DNA from: Eledone cirrhosa
Taxonomy: Eukaryota
Assembly (NCBI GenBank): GCA_964016885.1
Contig: OZ024740.1
Coordinates: forward strand, 133,486,001-133,550,000
Reading direction: 5' to 3'
Length of the DNA stretch: 64,000 nucleotides
The notes below the pieces were generated by a model. That model saw only the letters and a list, made by a program, of their open reading frames with translations. It ran no database searches and was not told the DNA's origin. The first letter of the stretch is position 1; every line of letters starts with the position of its first letter. The position numbers and the translations under genes are program-made. This document shows, piece after piece, positions 52,569 to 64,000 of this stretch.

Positions 52569-53368
52569 CACGTCGTGTAGACGCGTTCTTGAGACTAGTA
52601 AAATGAGGTATCCTCTTGATAAGTCGGCAGACCTCGCAAGGACTCTATATCTTTATGATGTATTGTTTTTGTTTATGCCACGAAACTACGTAGTCGAGGA
52701 ATTTAGGAGCAGTTTAGGTATGATACATTTTATTACTAATTATCACTAAATGTTTCTTCTCTCTTCATAATGTATTTTTAACTCTGATACTGGTTCAGTC
52801 TAGTTCAACCGGATTGGTCTGTCCCAGTCATTCATTGAGCAACATCGGTGAAGTTGGCACCCTTAACTCACGGTTGGGTGCGGATGCATTCATGTATATG
52901 TGTGTGTCCGCATGTATCTGTGTGTTTCTAAATATATTGTTAATAACTCCCTCTGGTCGAGCAATCTTTGAAGTGTGGGGACTGCTGGGAAGCTTCCATT
53001 ACTCATACTTCTCCCCTCCTTCACCACCTCTTCTACGGCTTCGATATAAATACCCCCTCCGCCTCCGTGGTATTTTCTTCGGGGTTATAAGAGGCTTAGC
53101 TCTGTTTCTCGACCGTTATATCGCATGACTGTCTCCCCCTCCGCCTTTTGGGATTCTTTCTCACGTCGTGTAGACGCGTTCTTGAGACTAGTAAAATGAG
53201 GTATCATCTTGATAAGTCGGCAGACCTCGCAAGGACTCTATATCTTTATGATGTATTGTTTTTGTTTATGCCACGAAACTACGTAGTCGAGGAATTTAGA
53301 AGCAGTTTAGGTATGATACATTTTATTACTAATTATATCTAAATGTTTCTTCTCTCTTCATAATGTAT
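52569..53368 (+). mobile_element. Retrozyme-like non-coding element: two ~205-bp direct repeats (period 593), each with an HHR
   Basis: TCCTC TTGATAA gtcGGCA...TGCCac GAAA CTACGTAG TC^ GAGGA at 52611-52700 and 53204-53293; (TA)n flanks; no credible ORF. Confidence 0.82.
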
Positions 53369-54199
53369 ATATATATATATATATATATATAGTTTTAATA
53401 TAGATGAGATTCTACAGGACTAGAACTGTTTCATTCATTAGAAATCATCAGGAATCTGGGTATCAAAAAATAAATATGGTATTTATAGGTCTCTACAAGT
53501 TGTAGGAGAGGGTGGGGAGTGGGATGGGTGCAGGTCATTGGTTGATAGAAAAGGGAATTCATTAAAAGCTAATTCTACAAAGCTATAGTTTATTTTTATT
53601 TATTTATGTTTTTAGAGTAACAAGGGCAGACAGAATTCTATAAACAGGTTCCGGATGGCATACCATTCCTTGTCATTAAGTTTCTCTTAAGCTAACAGGT
53701 GTCTATAAAATCAGTGGGGGGTCAGTCATGGTCGATAGAATTAAAGAAAAGGGAGATTCTTTAAAAGCTAAAGTCATTAAGGTTCTACTAAGTGACAAAG
53801 GCCTAGAGAATTCTGCAGACAGATTCAAAATACTGAGTGCATATCTTACTATTATCTTCGAACTTCTCTTAAACTAATCAACTATATGCCAAAAATCAAC
53901 AGACACATTCACAAAAAAACAAAAAACCACATACTCACTCACACACTTACGCTACTGAACAAACTCTCTGAACACTGCCCGAACTGCATGCACAAGAACT
54001 TTGCAACTTTCAAACACTTTAAGCCAGTGTTAAAGCCCGATGGCTAAAAACGACCTCCCCCTATTGGCCCCTATACCTCCTCCCCACCCTACCCCCACCC
54101 CTCCTCAACCTGAAATACGGCCACTATGGTTATGTGAGTCCCTCTTTCGTATCTACATTTTCTGCCTGTAGAGGTGTCTTTATGTGCCTGCGTATATGC

Positions 54200-56060
<1,861 letters not shown>

Positions 56061-56554
56061 GCGTAAGTGTGTGAGTGAGTATGTGGTTTTTTGTTTTTTT
56101 GTGAATGTGTCTGTTGATTTTTGGCATATAGTTGATTAGTTTAAGAGAAGTTCGAAGATAATAGTAAGATATGCACTCAGTATTTTGAATCTGTCTGCAG
56201 AATTCTCTAGACCTTTGTCACTTAGTAGAACCTTAATGACTTTAGCTTTTAAAGAATCTCCCTTTTCTTTAATTCTATCGACCATGACTGACCCCCCACT
56301 GATTTTATAGACACCTGTTAGCTTAAGAGAAACTTAATGACAAGGAATGGTATGCCATCCGGAACCTGTTTATAGAATTCTGTCTGCCCTTGTTACTCTA
56401 AAACATAAATAAATAAAAATAAACTATAGCTTTGTAGAATTAGCTTTTAATGAATTCCCTTTTCTATCAACCAATGACCTGCACCCATCCCACTCCCCAC
56501 CCTCTCCTACCACTTGTAGAGACCTATAAATACCATATTTATTTTTTGATACCC

Positions 56555-56605
56555 AGATTCCTGATGATTTCTAATGAATGAAACAGTTCTAGTCCTGTAG
56601 AATCT
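56555..56605 (+). ncRNA. Type I hammerhead ribozyme; inverted copy at 53407-53457
   Basis: AGATTC CTGATGA t TTC taat GAA t GAAA CAG ttctagtc CTG TA^ GAATCT; TATAAATA at 56525-56532. Confidence 0.8.
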
Positions 56606-56687
56606 CATCTATATTAAAACTTTTATACTCTGCTATGTATTGAGTACCTTACTTACTGTGGTTACCTCCGATTCAACCCGGAATAAC

Positions 56688-56756
<69 letters not shown>

Positions 56757-56917
56757 TATATATATATATTGCTTGTCTGTTAAAGTATGTAGACGTCTTT
56801 TTAAGTGTCTACTAAAGTTAGCAGCAAGACACAAGACCACGTGTGGCTAATTGACCCTTCCACCTCTATTCCCCCTATACACCCACGATCTACATACCAA
56901 TTTTTTTTTTTTTTAAT

Positions 56918-57620
56918 TCACCACCACTTATGCTGATGATTCAACTCTTTGTGCTGGTTCTTTTGGCACTCCTCCTATCTTGATACGGTTTGCTGCTAAT
57001 CTTGATGTGGATCTGCATGTTGTTCAGAAATGTGGTGAGAAGTAGCTAGTAACTTCCAGCCTTGGCAAGACTAGAACATGTCATTCAGTAGGGAACGGAA
57101 TCCTTATGTTTCTCCCATTTATATAAGTTATAAGTCTGGGTTGTCAAATGGAGTGAAAATCAAACCACTTGGGGAAGAGTCTTTTTTTAATTACTTGGTC
57201 TTACTTTCTCACATGTTCTTTCTCGGTGTTCTTACATACAATGAATTGGTAGTCCAGCTTCTCGTAAGATTGGGTCATTGTAAAGATCAAAGGACTAACT
57301 CACATTCGAGGCCTTTATGAGCAGAGGAAGTCTCTTATAAACCTTTTCATTGCGCTATCTGACCTAATTCGAAACACAGCGTAATCATATGTATGTTGTT
57401 GTGGTTCCACGAATAAAGAAGTATTTCTACGGCCGTAGCTTTTTACTCGAACTCTCGAACTGCTAGACTTTCAATCGCTCTTCCGTCTCATTGTTTTACT
57501 TCTGTTTATGACCAGAATACTTTTAAGTCTGAATTCAATTCAGTTCTTTCGTCTTAATTTCTTCTTCTTCATATTCCCATATAATATGTGACTTCACGCC
57601 TTGTTTGGGACTTTCATAAG
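56918..57620 (+). pseudogene. Decayed CR1-group LINE remnant
   Basis: TYADDSTL..LDVDL..KT; downstream RTARL..ALPSHCF. Confidence 0.55.
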
Positions 57621-58839
57621 AAACAAACAAAACATGAAGATTTTTTTGTAACTACATATTTTTATTCACGAATTTGTAACTACTTATTTTAACTATGAAT
57701 TGATCAGTATTGATTAATAAAATATATGTACAACATAGAATTTACTGCAATAAGAAATATCCAGTAGTAAAAAATAACTGTAAAATATAAATGGCAATAA
57801 GGAAAAAAAAGATATGAAAATATGAAGAAAAAGGAATTATGCATCGAAAGAAGGGAAGCGGAAGAGGGGTGACTGACTCTACACCTCAGTCGTAGTTGTG
57901 TTTCAGCTGCACTCCACGAATAAAATGGCAAAGGTATTGCTGCGGAGAATGTCCAGAGACACCCAGTGCAACAGCTACTCCCCCTCAAGGGGGCTGCTGT
58001 CTTTCAGATTTTACGAAGGAAATCAGCAGTGTGGGAACTGAGGACACCTGACGTCTCGATCCCGCCCAGTACTGACAGGAAACGGTCGGTTAAACCTGAA
58101 TATCTAGGTATCTTCTGCACCCCCGCGTTGCGGTAGGCAGTGTCTGAGTTTGCGGCCGAAACGAGAAGGCCGGATGTGGCGCATGGGTCGCAATGCGTCG
58201 TTTTTCTTGAATATTCTCAAACAAGTTTGAAATTTACAAATGAGAGAGAGAAAACAAAACAAATGTACTGAAAAAGAGGATACATCAGAATGACTATTAC
58301 AGCACATCTACAACACGATCTTCTCATACATAAATGGTTTTGTCTTTCCTAAACGGAAAACATTAGGACTTCATTGCCAAAAGTACAGTTCAACTGTTCA
58401 ATAATCGGTCGGAGAAGGAACTAAAGAACAAACTAAATAATATCGAAGTCTCATTTAAATATTCAGGGACACTTTGAAGAACATCGCCATGTTTTTTTCA
58501 AATATTTTTCGTGCAACAGCAGTAAGCACAACCACCACAGAAACAACAACAACAACAGCAACAACAACAACCGCAACAACAACAACAACATGAGCAACCA
58601 GATAAACTACTCAATGCTAGTACGACAGAAGACGTATTAAATCGCATCATGCCCATCAGCTCTTCCTCACATTCCAGTTATTCACATTTACCACTTTTTA
58701 AAGCTATCTCAAGAGATCAAGCATCAATACTGTCATCGTCTCCTACTGCTTCTACTACTAACATATCTACTACCTAAGTTAGTGATGAATCTGTCCACTC
58801 TTCCTCTCTATCTCCTTCTCAATCCAAATGCATACCTCA

Positions 58840-59780
58840 GAGATCTATGAAATATGTGCCAAACATGCAAAAATTTGAATCTATAAAGTATCAACTTCCC
58901 CACACAGCACATACACGGGAAACCCAAAACTATGCCGTTATTCACTACAGGCAAGGCTGTGCCTACACAGTGACTGTAATTTCATATATCTACCTGGAAA
59001 ATGACGCACAATTCACCAACCCCGAAGCACCGTCACCACCAAGTACTAAACTAAACTTATGCCCACACGCATAACATGTAAACCTAAAATCTACTGCTTT
59101 TCTCAACGAGATAGATTATGCCAGAGATATTGGAGTAATTGTTGATCAGAAAGTAAACTGGATTACGCACATAAACAACAAAGTTGTCATGACACGCAAG
59201 ATGTGTTCCTGGGTTCTCAGAATTTTCCGGCCGTGAGATATTCACACCATTCTCTTCTCTATCTTTGTACGGTCCCACTTCGGATACTACTGCCCAATCT
59301 TGACTCCTCACATGAAACAAAGTATTATGAATATTGCTTTGTCTTACATTCTCACTTGATCTTTCTTGTGGTTCTTATATACAATCAATTGGTTGGTCTG
59401 CTTTTCATAAGGTCGAGTCATTGAATAGGTCAAAGACTACCTCACATCCGTGGCCATTTTGTATCTTTACAAGTTCAATTACAAAACCAATAGACGGCTT
59501 GGCAGACCTTGACTATTGGGGACTTGGGGACGACTATAAAAACTCAAACTGCAAGCGTTACATCATATGTATGATTTGGAAAATATTGCCCAAAAGTTAT
59601 TAAAACATAACGACACAAATATGTTATTTCAACTGCTCCCCCTCCTTTTAATATCATACCCAAATACATCAAAACAGGAAGAAATCCCTTGGACAATATC
59701 AGCGGTGTGAAGAAGGGAAATTGTTGTCCATTGAGAATTACTAGTCTGCCATAAAAACTCTTTGAATTGGCTTGTGCCTC
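58840..59780 (+). pseudogene. Decayed CR1-like LINE remnant
   Basis: VRSHFGYYCPILTPH and LDYW...RYIICMIWKIL resemble the CR1 motifs VRPHLEYCCPVWSPH and YWERL..RY..WKI. Confidence 0.55.
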
Positions 59781-59835
59781 AGAGGTGAACTTTCAAGGTG
59801 AAAATTACATGGTCTCTCGTGTCTGGAAGTGTCTT

Positions 59836-59912
<77 letters not shown>

Positions 59913-59934
59913 TATATATATATATATATATATA

Positions 59935-60490
59935 TAGGCAAAAGTATGACACCGAATTGATGCGCGACGCCGGGCGACCGCACGCAGTGAACTGCGAATG
60001 GCGCCACCGGCGTCTGACGCGTCGTCGGTCTCAGTCTAATATTTGCGCCGCGACCAATGCGAAGGCCGACCGTATCGACGCGGTCTGTTGGGACCGGGCG
60101 GGAAGACGGATCGACGACGGCGACGAACGCGGCCCGCGTTTTGTAACCCGACTCCCGGAATACATGCAACTGCGGCCGCGATCGCAGGTCGCACCCGGGA
60201 GTTACAAAACACGTGCGGCGTTCGTCGCCGTCGTCGTTCCGTCTTCCCGCGCGGTCCCAACAGACCGCGTCGACACGGTCGGCCTTCGCATTGGTCGCGG
60301 AGCAAATATTAGACTGAGATCGACGACGCTTCAGACGCCGGCGGCGCCGTTCGCAGTTCGCTGCTCCGGTCGCGCAGCGTCGCGCATCAATTCGGGGTCG
60401 TACTTTATCCTATTACCCACTCTACTACCCTAAGTATTGAGTACTCAGGCGCGTTATGGACCATCTGGTTCCTTACCACAATTCCTTTGT

Positions 60491-60491
<1 letters not shown>
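59935..60491 (+). mobile_element. GC-rich ~480-bp fold-back joined to the GAAACGGC-family tail
   Basis: 59935-~60155 is inverted at ~60195-60412 (roughly 90% by eye); family sequence starts at tcggggtc (60392). Confidence 0.85.
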
Positions 60492-60547
<56 letters not shown>

Positions 60548-60549
60548 AA

Positions 60550-60845
<296 letters not shown>

Positions 60846-60857
60846 TATATATATATA

Positions 60858-61047
60858 TAATTGTTTCTACTTTTGGCACAAGGCCATCAATTATCTCAGT
60901 GTATTACTGGTACTTTATTTTATCGACCCCGTAAGGATGAAAGGCAAAGTTAACCTCGGCGGGATTTGAACTCACCCCATAAAGGGACGTAACTGTGCTG
61001 CAAAGCATGGCGTCCGACCCTCTACCGATACTGCCAATCGACCGCCC
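60858..61047 (-). mobile_element. tRNA-derived SINE, full length
   Basis: A/B boxes and body as at 36537. Confidence 0.88.
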
Positions 61048-62869
61048 ACATATATATATATAATATCAGCAGATAGACGCACACAGAAAATACTTACAGA
61101 TCCCGAACAAAAATCCACATCTTTATTACTTCAGGCACACAATGGTGTGCAATTTTGTGCATTGCGGAGATTGCAATTGTAACCACAGCTTTTATTTCTT
61201 TTCTAAAGGAGGAATTTCTATTCATTACGGATTTTTGCGTACGTTATTCAGTACCTCCATACCTGCAGGATATCTGAAATAGTATTTTATTGAGTTTAAT
61301 TAAAAGGTAAAGATGTAGAGAAGATGATTGAAGTACTTTTCAAATTACTTGCAAGGTCCTAAATGTTGTTAAATGAATGCCAATCCCATTGCTGCAGGTA
61401 AGGCTGTTTATAAAAGTGGCGTTTAAAAACGATTAATAAAACAACATTATGAACTATTTTTGAAAACTACGACAATACCTTTCTCAAGTTGTTTTTAGAA
61501 TCCATGCTACTGATCCATGCCTATTGATGCAACCTTTTTCAGTATAATTCTGTGGCTTTATCCTTGTTAAAATTTCGTTTCTAAAAAGCTGCAAGCTGGC
61601 ACAGCAATAGCTGTCAAATATAAATTTGAACCCGATTGTGATGATAGTGGAAATTTTGCAAAGGATGGCTGATTATATTATCAAATGTTGATGCAAAATA
61701 CATGCTAAATAAATTGTTACTATTAATTTCTCGGAGTTTGGAGTTTGGATTAACAGTTTACAAAAAGTATTCTGATATCATGCGAACTTTTTTGATGTTC
61801 CCTTTGATTGAATGACCATTCATGCAATTGCGAATCATTGATTAGTCAATCACTTATAGCCGGATGAAAATTATATGATGACTGGAATATTCAAGGAGAA
61901 AACCGCCACGGATAAAATATATAAATGCTTAGTGAATGATAATATAAAAAGAATATTGAGAGATTATTGATCAGTTCAATAATGAAATGGGAGAAAAATA
62001 TATTTCCATGAACTGAATTCAAAATCTGGATTTATTTTTAGATGTTACCGGATTACTGTTTGACTAAACCAATAGAAACATCATTCTTAAACTATATATT
62101 TTAAGAAATGATATCTCAAACTTGGATAACTTTAGACCATCAATATAGATTGATTACGGCATTATGAAAAGGTCTTTGACTGTCTGAAACTTCAGAACAT
62201 TTCTCAAATAACCGAATTTCTAAGAATGAAGAACTTATGAATTTTATTTTTCCTCGTGGAGATGAAAATGTTTTGTTTTGTCTTTTTCAGGTTTGAGAGG
62301 AGTTATACAGATAATAGAATTTTAATGCAAATTTAATTGGCAGTTGTAAGAGATATTTCGCTAAGTAGATTCTATATTTGAGAGCTCGAATGAGCCATGA
62401 AAGCCTAAACGTGACGAAATTGAAAACAAATGTTTTCATGATATTCTCAATGTGTTTGGAACGTGAAAAGAAAACAAAAAGTACAATTTTGAAATTAAGT
62501 CAAGCATATTCATAATAATAACCCGAAATATGGGAAAATAAAGCATTACATTTAAGTTTCCACGTATTTAGATTAGTTATATTTTTTTTAATGTCTACAA
62601 TTATTAAATCGCCTTACATGTAAACGCTATATCATTTTGCATTTTACATTTTATATACGTGATATAACTATTAGCTTTTCCTTTGACATTCAATAAATAT
62701 TTTCGTGAATATATTTTAGCCTTATTTTTCAGAGGAAAAGTGTGAGTAGCATAATAGGAATAACCGAGAATTGTAAAGAAAACAGACTTTAAGGGGGCAA
62801 TTATTGATTTGTTCTGAGCGCGTTAGACATTATATATTATATATATATATATTCTTTTTTTTTTTGTAG

Positions 62870-63238
62870 AATTGTAGTATTCTCAACGCGAGGGGTAGCG
62901 GTAAACAGCTGAATACTATATGTATAGTAAAACGTCGGGTTAAGATATAACCTCATATTAAACGGAGAACGGGAGAGAAATGAAGAAACTCTAAAGCAAG
63001 AGATGAGAAATGAAAGAGGTAGAGAGAGAGAGAGAGGGAAAGAGAGAGAGATAGAGAGAGAGAAGGAAAGAGGAAAAGAGAAGACGAAAGCACGAATGAG
63101 ATCGATGACTCAAATTATGTATTTAAACATTAATTGAAAATGTTTGAAGCGTTGAGCGTACATGAATTTTCTTAAAATTGTAGTATTCTCAACGCAAAGG
63201 GTAGCTGTAAACAACTGAATACTATATGTATAGTAAAA
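62870..63238. repeat. Two ~63-bp direct repeats (period ~306) around a GA-rich spacer
   Basis: aattgtagtattctcaacgc..gggtagc.gtaaaca.ctgaatactatatgtatagtaaaa occurs twice. Confidence 0.8.
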
Positions 63239-64000
63239 GGTGTGTGTATGTGTGTGTCGGTTTGTATGTGTGTGCGTGTGCGTGTGCGCACGTGTGTGTG
63301 CGTCTGTGTGTCTATACATATATATTATATTAAATCATATTATATTTATATCCATAAATATGTATATATAAATGTGTCTGCCCTGGAATCTTCCATTGAA
63401 CATGTAAACAGCGATATCTATATAATTTCATATCGATCTAAATCCTTATTATCGTCAACACCCCCAATTGTTTGTTTTTTTTTCAATATTGGTCGAGTGC
63501 TTCCAGGGCAACATTGATGTTTCTATTTGTAGCACTACCACCATAACCAGTGGTCCTGCCGTCCGGTTGACTAATTAGCAGTAACGTTAATTCAAACATG
63601 TGGAATACAAGTATTGACCTGCAATTTTAATAGTAAGGTCGATATTTTGGAATTTCTTTCGTGGATTCGGTTACTTATGAGAGGTAATGCTCCAGAATGT
63701 GTTGATTAAAATAAAAGATAATTACCAGATTTCCTCGTTAGCTCAAAGCAGTTCCGTGCAAGCCATTCGGATAATATATATATATATAAGATTTGTTGCT
63801 CTACATGGCTGAATACAATAAATGTAATCTGAGTTTTTCGAATATTAATAACGATATTCGATTCGTTTGCATTATGCAAACCAGCCTCATTTTTAAAGCC
63901 ATGTCGGTAGAATGAGTCCCTCATTCTTGCTCTTATGTTGGCATGTAAACGAACTGTAAACACTAATGTTTCTGGGTATTACCTTTCATCAGTACAGTCC

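Noticed and set aside
59741-60433. ORFs across the GC-rich hairpin, and a short resemblance to 18S rRNA (gtgaactgcgaatggc)
   Set aside because: The ORFs arise from stop-poor GC-rich palindromic DNA. The rRNA-like match is ~16 nt and does not extend.
61100-62800. AT-rich unique-looking segment as a host exon or decayed transposase (also 13050-14630)
   Set aside because: No sustained ORF or recognisable motif.

Overview
Repeat-dominated eukaryotic DNA with no recognisable host gene. The SINE type and the (TA)n/(CA)n/(GATA)n load suggest an octopus or other cephalopod (inference). Most ORFs in the supplied track are microsatellite or antisense artefacts. Recognisable content: (1) a ~19-kb array of Tx1/L1-type non-LTR retrotransposons at (ATCT)n tracts (17.6-36.4 kb), best explained as a head-to-tail array with a ~9-kb internal inversion, plus a related (ATT)n-associated family; (2) R4/Dong-like RLE retrotransposon pieces at (TAA)n and (ACAT)n; (3) Penelope-like elements (PLEs: RT + GIY-YIG) with inverted pseudo-LTRs; (4) tRNA-derived SINEs, a decayed Tc1/mariner transposon and CR1-like remnants. 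The most interesting layer sits between (TA)n tracts: about a dozen hammerhead-ribozyme (HHR) motifs read by eye, and many short non-coding 'fold-back hairpin + one-sided tail' elements whose hairpin apex often coincides with HHR stem II. Highlights are a 593-nt retrozyme-like unit bounded by two HHRs with a U3-A8 variant core, and a GC-rich foreign sequence fused at a predicted HHR cleavage site. All alignments, folds and coordinates were done manually; element boundaries are approximate.
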